64,000 nt of DNA from an uncultured Actinomycetes bacterium (GTDB taxonomy: Bacteria > Actinomycetota > UBA4738 > HRBIN12): positions 992,001 to 1,056,000 of the forward strand of contig CAVPIB010000004.1 in assembly GCA_963704885.1 (NCBI GenBank). The letters are read 5' to 3'. The translations under genes and the position numbers were made by a program. The notes beneath the pieces were generated by a model. It did not search any database. It had not been told where the DNA came from and was given only the letters and a program-made list of their open reading frames with translations. Below, piece by piece: positions 29,875-39,451 of this stretch (positions are counted from its first letter, which is position 1; each line of letters begins with the position of its first letter).

Positions 29875-30371
29875 AGCGGCGCAACCCCGAACCCGACCGA
29901 GAACCGGCGGCACCAGATCACGGCGCTGCGGATCGACGCGATGTCGACGCCGGCCGGGATCTCGTAGTTCTGGCTCCCCTGGTTCCCCTTCAGTCCGCCC
30001 AGGTCGATCGGGGCGACGCCGAACGCGGCCTCGTCGCCGTCGGCCGGCGCGATCGACAGGTACACGCGCAGGTCCGGGCCGTCGAGCGTGTCCAGATCAT
30101 CGATCCGAAGGATGAAGCTCCCGTCGTCCAACTCCACGATCCTCGCGGAACCGGTGGTCTCGTGGGCCAGCCCGGTGAACGACCCCCCGCTCTGCCCAGC
30201 ATCGTCCGCGGGGACCGTGCTCGCCGAGGGCAGCGCCTCGTCGACCCGCCGGTCGAACAGCAACGCCTGCGGACCGAACCAGTAGATGCCGAAGCCGATG
30301 GCGGCCAGCAGGGAAAGCGCGACGACGACTGAGAGTCCCTTCCTGCGCCGGATGACCTCCGTGATCTGCAC
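29871..30371 (-). CDS. DM13 domain protein
   Basis: GPDLRVYL, LGGLKGNQGSQNYEIP, IWCRRFSVGFG. Confidence 0.92.
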   Translation of the reverse strand: MQITEVIRRRKGLSVVVALSLLAAIGFGIYWFGPQALLFDRRVDEALPSASTVPADDAGQSGGSFTGLAHETTGSARIVELDDGSFILRIDDLDTLDGPDLRVYLSIAPADGDEAAFGVAPIDLGGLKGNQGSQNYEIPAGVDIASIRSAVIWCRRFSVGFGVAPL

Positions 30372-30435
30372 GACTTCACTCTGGCAGGCGGACCTTTCCA
30401 ACCTCGAACGGAACCCGCATCGAGGTGAAACTTCC

Positions 30436-31779
30436 CTACACGCCCGCTAGCGTCATCTCCCCGATCAGGAGCGAAGGGGTTCCGACCGAGGAGAAGAAGC
30501 GGAGGTCGCTACCCACACCCGTGATGCCGGCGAGCATCTCGGGCAGCGTGGAGGCAACCGTCATCTCGCGCAGCGGCTCGCCCAACGCCCCGCCGGCGAT
30601 CCGAAGCCCGGTCGCCCCCACCGAGAACTCGCCGCTGATCGGGTTGGCGCCGGAATGAACGCCGGAGACGTCCTGGATCAGGACGCCACCCTCCGCGCGC
30701 TGCAACAACTGATCGAACGACAGCTCGCCCGCCTCCACGTAGAAGTTCGAGGTGCCCACCCCGGGAGCGGACTTGTAGCCGCCGCGCTTTGCGTTGCCCG
30801 TGGAGGCCGTGCCCTCTCCCGTACGGCTGGCCGTATACGTGTTGTGCAGGAAGCCGTTCAACGTCCCTCGCGTGAACAGCTCCGTCCGTCCGCTGGGCAC
30901 GCCCTCGTCGTCGAACGGCGAGGCGGCCGGGCCAGCGGTGATCGTGCCGTCGTCCACGAGCGTGAACAGCTCAGAGCCCACCTGCCGTCCGGCCATAGTC
31001 GCGAACAGCGAACGGCCCTTGAGCACCGCCTCCGCCGAGAGCGCCCCGGCCAGCACACCCAGGAACGACATCGCGGCGAACTGATCGAGCACCACCGGCA
31101 CCTTCACGGTGGTCGGCTTCGTGGCGCCCAGCATGCGGACCGAACGCGCGACGGCCTCGTCGGCGATCGCCTCCGGATCGAGCTCGTCGATACCACGGGA
31201 GATCGAGAACGAGAACCCGGTCTGCGTCTCGTCGCCTTCGACCGCGAGCGCCACCGCGACGCACCAGGCGTCGGTGCGCGCGTACTCGGCCTGAACACCG
31301 GTCGTGGAAGCGATCGCCACCCGCGACACCGCGTCTCCGATCTGCGCGGCGTCGATCTTGCTCACCCGTGGATCGATCGAGACCGTCCGCCGTTCCAGGT
31401 CGAGCGCCAGCTGCACCTTGCGATCGGTAGCGATGTTCGCCTGATCTTCGCGATACAGCCCCTCGATCGACACTGCCGGCTGGGCGGCCGGCAATAGGTT
31501 GAACTCGTCGGGCTCTGCGAGCGAGGCGTTCACTCGTGCGCTTTCGACCGCCGCGCGCACCTCGTCCGCCGTGGGATCGGCCGCGTAGGCGTATCCCAGC
31601 CGCCCGTCCGCGATCAGACGCACACCCACCCCGCGCGACTCCGCGAACGTCAGTCCTTCGATCTCGCCGCGGAGCGCGCTAGCCTCGGTGTGGCGCGACT
31701 CCTCCGCGTAGGCCTCCACCGCCTCCTCGTCGCGAGCACCTTCGATCGCCACCCGGCACAGTTCGGCCAGATCAGGCAC
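30436..31779 (-). CDS. pmbA: TldE/PmbA family protein
   Basis: GVGVR, PFDDEG, STGNA, N.ISGEFS. Lacks HExxxH. Confidence 0.9.
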   Translation of the reverse strand: MPDLAELCRVAIEGARDEEAVEAYAEESRHTEASALRGEIEGLTFAESRGVGVRLIADGRLGYAYAADPTADEVRAAVESARVNASLAEPDEFNLLPAAQPAVSIEGLYREDQANIATDRKVQLALDLERRTVSIDPRVSKIDAAQIGDAVSRVAIASTTGVQAEYARTDAWCVAVALAVEGDETQTGFSFSISRGIDELDPEAIADEAVARSVRMLGATKPTTVKVPVVLDQFAAMSFLGVLAGALSAEAVLKGRSLFATMAGRQVGSELFTLVDDGTITAGPAASPFDDEGVPSGRTELFTRGTLNGFLHNTYTASRTGEGTASTGNAKRGGYKSAPGVGTSNFYVEAGELSFDQLLQRAEGGVLIQDVSGVHSGANPISGEFSVGATGLRIAGGALGEPLREMTVASTLPEMLAGITGVGSDLRFFSSVGTPSLLIGEMTLAGV

Positions 31780-33157
31780 CGGTGCCCCCGACCGTGAGCC
31801 TGCTGATGCGCAGGGTGGGCGAGCCGCTTCCCACGGGCGCCGACTGACCGTCCTTGCCGCACACGCCTTCCCAGGTGTCGAAGTCACCGGCCACGGCGTC
31901 CACGGCGCTCATCACGTCGATCGCTCGTCCGATCAGGTTGGCCCCGCGCACCGGCGTGGTCACCTCACCGTTCTCGATGAGGAACCCCTCGGATACACCG
32001 AACACGAAGTCTCCCGTGGCCGGGTTGGTCTGGCCGCCCCCGAGCGAGGTGACGTACACGCCGCGCTCCGTGGAGGACAGGATCTCGGCCGCGTCCGCGC
32101 TCCCGTTCAAGATGTTCGTGTTGGTCATGCGGGGGATCGGCGGCGACGCGTAGGACTGCCGCCGTCCGTTCCCGGTGGGTGGCAACCCGTCCTTGTCGGC
32201 GTGCATCCGGTCGTACAACAGCCCCTGCAGCACCCCACCCTCGAACAGGGAGGTCCGCTGCGATGGCGTTCCCTCGTCATCGAACGCGTAGGACCCCCAG
32301 CCGTTGGGGATGGAGGCGTCGTCCACGCCGTCGATCAGCTCGGACGCGCAGCGTTCGCCGATCAGACCGCGATACACGCTCGCCTCTTTGTCGATCGCGT
32401 CCGACTCGAGCGGATGCCCGACCGCCTCGTGGAAGAGCACCCCGCCCATCCCCGGGGCGAGCACCACGGTCATCTCCCCCGCTGGAGCAGGGATGGAGTC
32501 CAGCATGGTGACCGCCCTGCGGGCCGCGGTCTCGGCGGTGTCACGCGGTGGATGCCGATCCACGAACTCCACTCCGCTGCACGCGGCGGGACCGTGGAAG
32601 CCTGTCTGGATGTTCCCGTCGCGCGCGGCCACCACCTGGGCCACCAGGCGTATCCGGGGACGCGACTCCTCGACCCACCGACCGTCGGATGTGGCGATCA
32701 GCACGCGCTGGAGGGAGTCCCCGTAGATGCCGACCACCTGTGTGACCTCGGGGCTGAACGATCGAGCGGCGTCGTCGACCTGTCGGAGCCAGGCCACCTT
32801 CTCGGCGGCCGGCACGCTGTCCGCCGCGCGCTCGACGGTGTTCACGACCGACCCTGAACCCCCTCGCAGATCCACGACGCCGCCGCTCTCGCCCTCAGGG
32901 AGAGCGGCGCTCGCCGCCTCGGCCGCTGCCAGGAGGGCCTCGCGGTCCAGCCTGTTCGAGTAGGCGTAGCCGTAGGAGGTGCCGAGGCAGACCCTCACGC
33001 CCGCGCCCCGGTCCAGTCCGGTCGTAAGCTCCTCGACCTTCCCGTCGTCCAGACGGATCGACGTGGACGTCTTCTCCTCCACGAACACCTCGGCGAACGA
33101 GCCTCCTCGCCGTCGAGCGACGCGCAGCACCTCTTGCACGAGTAGCGGATCCAGCAT
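31772..33157 (-). CDS. tldD: TldD metalloprotease
   Basis: HEAVGH, FDDEG, PRMTNT, CGKDGQ. Confidence 0.93.
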   Translation of the reverse strand: MLDPLLVQEVLRVARRRGGSFAEVFVEEKTSTSIRLDDGKVEELTTGLDRGAGVRVCLGTSYGYAYSNRLDREALLAAAEAASAALPEGESGGVVDLRGGSGSVVNTVERAADSVPAAEKVAWLRQVDDAARSFSPEVTQVVGIYGDSLQRVLIATSDGRWVEESRPRIRLVAQVVAARDGNIQTGFHGPAACSGVEFVDRHPPRDTAETAARRAVTMLDSIPAPAGEMTVVLAPGMGGVLFHEAVGHPLESDAIDKEASVYRGLIGERCASELIDGVDDASIPNGWGSYAFDDEGTPSQRTSLFEGGVLQGLLYDRMHADKDGLPPTGNGRRQSYASPPIPRMTNTNILNGSADAAEILSSTERGVYVTSLGGGQTNPATGDFVFGVSEGFLIENGEVTTPVRGANLIGRAIDVMSAVDAVAGDFDTWEGVCGKDGQSAPVGSGSPTLRISRLTVGGTGA

Positions 33158-33239
33158 GGGCAGGAGGCTACCAACGTACCCGGACCACGCCGGGTGGTGA
33201 CCGCAGGTGCCGCCGACACGTGCGCTACAGTCAGCCGCC

Positions 33240-35108
33240 ATGGAGGGGTCCGGGTCTGCGCGCCCCGCGAGGGAGCTGGCGTGGCTCGCGGGCGTCGGGC
33301 TCGCCGTCATGGCCGTGTTGCTGGCTCCGACCGTCCGCCACGGCTACCGGTTCGCGTTGGGGCCCGACACTCCCGTGTACCTGTGGTGGACGCGCGTCGG
33401 CGCCTCCCAGGGGCTCTCCGTGGTCGGTCAACGACCTGGTAGCCCCGCGCTGATCGCCGTCCTGTCGGGAGTCCTACACGTGCCGATCTCCGCGGTGACG
33501 GCGGGACTCGAGGCTGCGCTCGGATGCGCGACGGCCGTCGCCACCGCGATGCTGGTTAGGGCCGCTGCGGCGATGGGCGGCGAGCGCCGTGGAGCCCGGG
33601 CCGCTTGGGTCCTGGCCGGCGTCCTCACAGGCCTGTTCACGATCCACCTGGCCAGCGGCTACCTGGCCAACCTGGCGTTCGCTGCACCTTTCGTTGGGGC
33701 GACCGTGTGTCTGGCCCTGGGCACGAGGCGCTCGGCCGTGGCCGGTGCCCTGCTGCTCGGCGGCGGGGGACTCGCCCACCCGCAGTTCTTCCTGGTGGGC
33801 GCCATCGTTCTCGTGGCGGTGGCGCTCTGGTCGCTCATCCGACGGGAGGGCCGATCGGGAGATGCGGTGAACGTGGCGCTCGCCACGCTCGGCGGAGGCG
33901 CGGTCGTGGGCGCCGGTCTCCTGTCGATGTCTATCGGACCGTCGCTGTTGGCGGTCGACACCTCGCGGGACGGATTCCTGCGGCGCGCCGGGATGACCGC
34001 CACCGTGCAACAGGCGTACCTGGACAGGTTCCGCTTCCGATGGGCGAGATACGTTCAATGGCTGGCCCTGCCGCTCGCCGTGCTGGGCTCCATGCGAACC
34101 AGCGGGTTCGCGCGGCGCATCCTGGTGTCCTGGACCGCGTTGGTGGTGATCGGCGCACCGGTCGGCCTGCTGACCGGCTGGTACCCGCCGGATCGGCTCA
34201 TCACGTTCGGCTTCTCGGTCCCGGCGCTCGCAGGGGTCGGAGTGGTAGCCGTGTGGCTGTGGCTCTCGCGGCGGAGATGGCTGGCGGCCGTCGTTGCCGC
34301 CACGCTGTTCGGACTCATGGCCGCCGGAGCACTGATCGCCTGGAACCGCCAGCTCCCATACATCTCTCGCACCGAGGTCGAACAGGTGACGATGGCGGCG
34401 CGCATCGCCCGGGCCTCCGCGCCCGACGCGCCGATGGTCTTCGTCATGGACGATCGCGAAGGGAGCGCCTCGTTCCTGGCTACCAGGGCCGCGAACGTGA
34501 TCCGCGCGGCCGTCCCGCCCGATCGCGCTGCGGACGTGTACGTCTACGTCGGGAACCCCTCGAACCTGGCCGAGGGTGAGCCGACCGTTCGCGGACTGCC
34601 GGAGCACGACGCCCTCTCGCGCCTGTACCTCTCCGATATCCCGCAGGGGCCGAACACGGTCTTCTGGCTGAGCGCGTTCAACACTGGGATCACCTCGGAC
34701 GGAGCCGATCTGTACACGTGGGGTGGCGGCGTGTCGTCCTCCGTGGCGCCCGGCGACGTGGGGACCCGGTTCGCGCCCGCCCGTGAACCTCTTCGGCCGT
34801 CCTCGGCCGGGCAGATCGTTCTGACCGCCTTCGCGATCCTCGGCCTCTGTGGCGTGGTCGGGTTCGGGTGGGCGCGCTGGACCGGGCTGGACGCGGTCGC
34901 CGCCGCGGCGATCGCCCCGGCGTTCGGCGTGGCCACGCTCGCTCTGTTGGGCGTGGCGATGGAGAGGTTCGGCCTACCGCTCTCCGGCGCCGGCGGCCCG
35001 GCGATCGTCGCGATCCTCGCCGGTGCCCCCGGCTACGGTCTTTCGATCCTGCAGCGGCCGCCCGCCGCGCCACCGGCGCCATCCGTCGAGCAACAGCCAT
35101 CCGAGTAG
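33240..35108 (+). CDS. Polytopic membrane protein, GT-C-like
   Basis: First TM followed by GPDTPVY (loop Asp), many TMs, a soluble domain, then 3 more TMs. Confidence 0.65.
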   Translation: MEGSGSARPARELAWLAGVGLAVMAVLLAPTVRHGYRFALGPDTPVYLWWTRVGASQGLSVVGQRPGSPALIAVLSGVLHVPISAVTAGLEAALGCATAVATAMLVRAAAAMGGERRGARAAWVLAGVLTGLFTIHLASGYLANLAFAAPFVGATVCLALGTRRSAVAGALLLGGGGLAHPQFFLVGAIVLVAVALWSLIRREGRSGDAVNVALATLGGGAVVGAGLLSMSIGPSLLAVDTSRDGFLRRAGMTATVQQAYLDRFRFRWARYVQWLALPLAVLGSMRTSGFARRILVSWTALVVIGAPVGLLTGWYPPDRLITFGFSVPALAGVGVVAVWLWLSRRRWLAAVVAATLFGLMAAGALIAWNRQLPYISRTEVEQVTMAARIARASAPDAPMVFVMDDREGSASFLATRAANVIRAAVPPDRAADVYVYVGNPSNLAEGEPTVRGLPEHDALSRLYLSDIPQGPNTVFWLSAFNTGITSDGADLYTWGGGVSSSVAPGDVGTRFAPAREPLRPSSAGQIVLTAFAILGLCGVVGFGWARWTGLDAVAAAAIAPAFGVATLALLGVAMERFGLPLSGAGGPAIVAILAGAPGYGLSILQRPPAAPPAPSVEQQPSE

Positions 35109-36554
35109 CCCGATCACGACGGGCGTTATCAAGTAGTGCCCCACAAGCACGTTCAGGTCGTACGCGGCCGGGAACAGGCCGGGTTCCGCGGTCCACTGAG
35201 AGAGAGCCAGCGCCACGGACGTGGCCACCAGCACGTCGCGGGGAACGCGGGGGAGCAGCCACGCGAGGGGTAGGGCCCACACCACGTACCAGGGCAGCAG
35301 CACCGGTCCGAGCATCATCAGGAGCAGGAGCGACCACCCCCACGCGGCCCCGAGCTCCAGGACCGGGTCCTCGAGTGCGAGCTTCCGCGTTGCCTCGCGC
35401 CACACGATCCGGCAAAGGAGAACCACGGCGCTCACCAACAGCGCCGCGAACCCGATCCTCGCGACGACCCCGAGCGTGTCTCCCGACGCTGCGTCCAGGA
35501 ACCTGCGGAAGAACCTCGACGGGGCGAGCCACCCCTCGTGTCCCGCAAGCTCGAGCATCCCGAGGGTGGGGTCGTGGAGTTGGAAGAACGGCGCCGCGAA
35601 CACCGCGCCGATCGCCACCGCGAGTCCGCCGCGCGTGAGGAGCATGCGGAGCCGCCTTCCGGATGGCGCGCGAGCCAGGAGCCATACGAGAAGGAGCAGC
35701 AGAGGCAGGGCCGCGGTCGCCTTGACCAGTGTCCCGAGCGTCAGGACGGCGACGGCGAGCAGGTCCCTCCGGCGCCGCATCAGCGCGAACGCGCCGGCCA
35801 CCGCGAGCGCCACCAGGATGTCGTTGTGGCCGCTCGCCACCGTCTGGAACAGCACGACGGGGCTGAGTCCGAACGCCACCACGGCGAACGCCGCACGCGT
35901 TGGCCATGCGCGACGCACCGTCGTCGCGATCACCGCGACGGTACCCAGGCTGGCGGCGGCCGCCGTCCATCGGAACGTCTCGACCTGCGCGCCCAGTGTG
36001 TGCACGGTTCGCACCACGATCGACGCGTAGCCGGTGAAGAGCGGTCCGTATACCGCAGGGGTCGAGAACCACTTCGGGCCCACGAGCGCCGCGACCGCGT
36101 CGAGAGGGAAGTCGGCCGGCGTCTGCACGTATGGGTTCGCGTGGTGCAGCGCGGCGATGTTGCCGTACGCGATGTAGGAGTACACATCGCGCGAGATCAA
36201 GAGCGGGAGTGAAAGGACGACCGCGTGCGCAGCGACGGCTAGGAACACCACGGTTCTCAAGGAGACGGCACCGCGCCACGCGGCCCGGAGCATCAGCAAG
36301 AACCCCCCGGTCGCGAGCACGACCGCGGCGACCCCGACCCAGACCAGAGCCGAACCATTCAAACCGTCCACGCCGAGGGCGCCAGCCAGCCAGGCGAACG
36401 GCCCGTGCGGCTGTACGCCGGGTGCCAGGATCGGGTGCAGCGGCGAATCCGGAACGGACGCCGCGGTGGCGATCGCCGTGAGCCCGATCAGGAAGCCGGC
36501 GATCGCGAGCGACGACGATCGTGAGGAGCGCTCCACGGGGCCCGAACGTATCAC
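34974..36554 (-). CDS. Polyprenol-phosphomannose-dependent mannosyltransferase (MptA/MptB, GT87-like)
   Basis: SRDVYSY, NPY, YGPL, GHND, VK, PWY. Confidence 0.88.
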   Translation of the reverse strand: MIRSGPVERSSRSSSLAIAGFLIGLTAIATAASVPDSPLHPILAPGVQPHGPFAWLAGALGVDGLNGSALVWVGVAAVVLATGGFLLMLRAAWRGAVSLRTVVFLAVAAHAVVLSLPLLISRDVYSYIAYGNIAALHHANPYVQTPADFPLDAVAALVGPKWFSTPAVYGPLFTGYASIVVRTVHTLGAQVETFRWTAAAASLGTVAVIATTVRRAWPTRAAFAVVAFGLSPVVLFQTVASGHNDILVALAVAGAFALMRRRRDLLAVAVLTLGTLVKATAALPLLLLLVWLLARAPSGRRLRMLLTRGGLAVAIGAVFAAPFFQLHDPTLGMLELAGHEGWLAPSRFFRRFLDAASGDTLGVVARIGFAALLVSAVVLLCRIVWREATRKLALEDPVLELGAAWGWSLLLLMMLGPVLLPWYVVWALPLAWLLPRVPRDVLVATSVALALSQWTAEPGLFPAAYDLNVLVGHYLITPVVIGLLGWLLLDGWRRWRGGRPLQDRKTVAGGTGEDRDDRRAAGAGER

Positions 36555-36774
36555 CGGCGGCGGTCCCGACCTTCGACCCGGCAGGTCCCGCCGTTCGGCC
36601 TAGGGACCGTTCGAGCGCATGGTGCGATACTCGGCGGACGGGGTGCCCCAGCCCACGTCGACAGACGCGAGCTCCGACATCCTCCACTGCTCAAGGCCGG
36701 GGGCCCGCGCTTCGCGCGGGCCCCCGCGCATCACGCCCCTTGTCGCCGGCGGGCGCGGCCCGGAGACTGGCCGG

Positions 36775-37461
36775 GTGGATGACCGGCGGATGTTCCAGCG
36801 CGACGGACAGGTCGACCGTCAGGTCACCGAGATCCAGGAGGAGTTCCGTCGTGGGTTCGAGCTGGTCAACTCGATCGAACGGCCGTCCGTCTCGATCTTC
36901 GGATCGGCCCGGCTGGGCCCGTCCGACCCCGCCTACGCATGGGCCAGGGCCACCGGCCGGGCGTTCGCGGAGCGCGGTTGGGCCGTGGTGACCGGAGGCG
37001 GCCCCGGGATCATGGAGGCCGCGAACCGCGGGTGCCGCGAGGCCGGTGGGCTGTCCGTCGGGTTCAACATACGCCTCCCGCATGAGCAGGGAGACAACCC
37101 CTTCCTGGATCTCGCGATCGAGTTCAGCCACTTCTACGCGCGCAAGACCATGTTCGTGAAGGCGGCTGAGGGTTTCGTGGTCTTCCCCGGCGGGTTCGGG
37201 ACGCTGGACGAGCTCTTCGAGGCGCTCACGCTTCTCCAGACCGGTGTGATCCGCCATTTCCCGGTGGTCCTCTTCGGGAGCGAGCACTGGCGGCCGGTCC
37301 TCGCGTGGGCCGAGGGAGAGCTGCTCCGGGACGGGCTTATCTCACGGTCGGACCTCGGGCTCGTCTCCGTGACGGACGACCCGACGGTCGCCACGCAGAC
37401 CGTCATCGACTGCTACGAGCGCACGTGCGCCCACGACGTCCCCGAAGAACGGGGGGACTAG
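36775..37461 (+). CDS. LOG family protein (TIGR00730)
   Basis: FGSAR, TGGGPGIME, PHEQ, RK.MF, PGGFGTLDE. Confidence 0.95.
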   Translation: MDDRRMFQRDGQVDRQVTEIQEEFRRGFELVNSIERPSVSIFGSARLGPSDPAYAWARATGRAFAERGWAVVTGGGPGIMEAANRGCREAGGLSVGFNIRLPHEQGDNPFLDLAIEFSHFYARKTMFVKAAEGFVVFPGGFGTLDELFEALTLLQTGVIRHFPVVLFGSEHWRPVLAWAEGELLRDGLISRSDLGLVSVTDDPTVATQTVIDCYERTCAHDVPEERGD

Positions 37462-37991
37462 GCGTGCGCGCCCGCGCCGACCGGCTGCGAGCGACGCTCG
37501 AAGGAGAGCACCAACTTGCGGAGCAGCGCATTGAGACGTTTCTGCTCCGCCGGCGTGAGGACCGATAGCACGGCGATCTCGTTGTCGATCCCCGCGTTGA
37601 CGGCCTGATCGATCTTGGCGATCCCCGCGGGCGTCAGGCGTACGATAAGGGCGCGGCGATCCTCGGGGTCAGGTTCGCGGGTGATGAGCCCGGCCTCCTC
37701 CAGCCCGTCGAGGCGGTTGGTCATGGCCCCGGACGACAACATCAGGCACTCCCCCAGCTCGCCGGGCGACATGGCGATGTCGGGATCGCGCTGACGGAGC
37801 TGAGCGAGCAGCTTGAACTCGCCCTTGTTCAGTTCGAACTCGGCGCTGCCGTGCTCCAGGATGCCGTCGAACCTCTTCGCGACCTTATGTACCCGATCGA
37901 CGATCCCTTCGACCTCCGGATCCAGCCGGGGGAAGATCTTGCACGCGCGCTCCACGAAGTCGTCTATCGAATCCCTCGTTCCCATCGCCAC
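37458..37991 (-). CDS. MarR family regulator (HucR/PecS/TamR-like)
   Basis: N-terminal D..D......P.LD helix, SPGEL, SSGAMTNRLD.LE, DRR. Confidence 0.92.
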   Translation of the reverse strand: MAMGTRDSIDDFVERACKIFPRLDPEVEGIVDRVHKVAKRFDGILEHGSAEFELNKGEFKLLAQLRQRDPDIAMSPGELGECLMLSSGAMTNRLDGLEEAGLITREPDPEDRRALIVRLTPAGIAKIDQAVNAGIDNEIAVLSVLTPAEQKRLNALLRKLVLSFERRSQPVGAGAHA

Positions 37992-38013
37992 TCGCTCCTT
38001 TCGACAGCAAGAC

Positions 38014-38071
38014 TCTTGACATCGGATTTCTTGACATCAAGCTACATCTGAAGTATCTTCACGTCAAGCTA
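38014..38071. promoter_or_regulatory. MarR operators overlapping a sigma-70 promoter
   Basis: TCTTGACATCGG (38014), TCTTGACATCAAG (38029), TATCTTCACGTCAAGCTA (38054). TTGACA(38031)-17 nt-TATCTT(38054). Confidence 0.8.
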
Positions 38072-38095
38072 TCACGGGAGGGAGGTGAGCGCGAG

Positions 38096-38326
38096 ATGGT
38101 CCAGACCCCACAGCTCCGTACGGATGAGCAGAGGCTGCGCGAGCACGAACTCCGCCGGGCGACCGAAGATGCCCGCCGCGAGGGCGTCAGGCCCGCCACC
38201 CGCACGGGGAAGATGGCGGCAGGAGCGTTGCGAGCGATCTCCGCGGCGCTCACGCGCACGGCGAACGCGCTCGACGCGCCTTCCGAGCGTCTCGAGCGAA
38301 GCGTCCGCATGGTCGACCGGGCCTGA
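38096..38326 (+). CDS. Small helical hypothetical protein (76 aa)
   Basis: Strong SD GGAGGTGA and a consensus promoter upstream. Confidence 0.7.
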   Translation: MVQTPQLRTDEQRLREHELRRATEDARREGVRPATRTGKMAAGALRAISAALTRTANALDAPSERLERSVRMVDRA

Positions 38327-38446
38327 CCCGATCGGTCGTCGGACCGACGAGGCCGAGCCGAGCCCAAGATGCCCAGGTGCGCCACACCCCCGCATCGAGG
38401 GCTCGGCTCGGCCTCCGTCTCACGCGCAGGACCGATACTGACGTTC

Positions 38447-39436
38447 ATGCGACATCGGTGGGTACCTCTCTTGGCGCCGATGCTGCTGGCTGCTGCCTGC
38501 TCGCGCGCATCTGGCACGGAGCCCTCCAGCGCGGCGCCCGGGACACCGCCAGACACGGCCACCTCCGGCTGCCCCGCAGCCGGAGAGCTGGCGCCACCCC
38601 GAACCTTGATCCTGTTCCGTAAGGACGGGTGCGTCCCCACATCCGAACTGTTCGCGTTCCAGTGTTCTCCGATCGATCCGCCCGTGATCGAGACCCAAGC
38701 CGAAGGCTTGACCGAGCGGTTCATAGGCGGGCGGTTCGCATTGCCTTTGCGATCGCTCCCAGCGGGCGCTTCGCCCGTGGGCGAGGGAGCCGGCATGCAG
38801 GTGTACACGGTCATGGGGAACCCGGCGCTCCTGTACGTGGGACAGGGCGAAGGCGTGACGCGTTGGCTTCGGCTGCCCCGGCGCCGGATCGGTGAGCCTC
38901 CCAACGCGTACGTCATCGGCGACTCGATCGCGGATGGCTCCTCGCCTTTCATCACCGCGGCGCTCCCGGAGTGGTCGATCGACTTCGACACCGTCATCGG
39001 TCGGGGTACGGACTCCGCGCTTCCGATCGCAGCCGCCCAGGGCGCCGAGCGGCCCGACGTAGTGGTCGTCGAACTCGGCACGAACGACGCCGACCCGGTG
39101 GCTTTCCGTGAGAACGTGATGGCGATGATGGCGTCGCTACGACGGGTGCCATTGGTGGTGTGGCAGACGGCACACGGTCCCCTGGTGAACATCCCAGATG
39201 TCAACATGCTCATCCGCGACCTGATGGCCCAGTACCCCAACACGTGGATCGCCGACTGGGACGCGTTCGTAGACGACGAGGAACTGATCGCCGACGGAGT
39301 GCATCCCGCGCCGGAACACCAGGACCTGATGGCCCGGCTCGTCGCACCGATGCTCACTCGATGGCTAGAGGTGGCGAGCGGTGAAGGTGCCGCGTCGTGC
39401 AGCGCCCAGGCCGAGGGCGCGGCCGGAGTCTCCTAG
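38447..39436 (+). CDS. Lipoprotein with C-terminal SGNH hydrolase domain
   Basis: LAAAC lipobox, GDS, GR, GTND, DGVHP. Confidence 0.85.
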   Translation: MRHRWVPLLAPMLLAAACSRASGTEPSSAAPGTPPDTATSGCPAAGELAPPRTLILFRKDGCVPTSELFAFQCSPIDPPVIETQAEGLTERFIGGRFALPLRSLPAGASPVGEGAGMQVYTVMGNPALLYVGQGEGVTRWLRLPRRRIGEPPNAYVIGDSIADGSSPFITAALPEWSIDFDTVIGRGTDSALPIAAAQGAERPDVVVVELGTNDADPVAFRENVMAMMASLRRVPLVVWQTAHGPLVNIPDVNMLIRDLMAQYPNTWIADWDAFVDDEELIADGVHPAPEHQDLMARLVAPMLTRWLEVASGEGAASCSAQAEGAAGVS

Positions 39437-39451
39437 AGTACCGACACCGCT

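Noticed and set aside
30436-33157. RiPP cluster around tldD/pmbA
   Set aside because: No precursor peptide or modifying enzymes nearby; it is an ordinary housekeeping pair.
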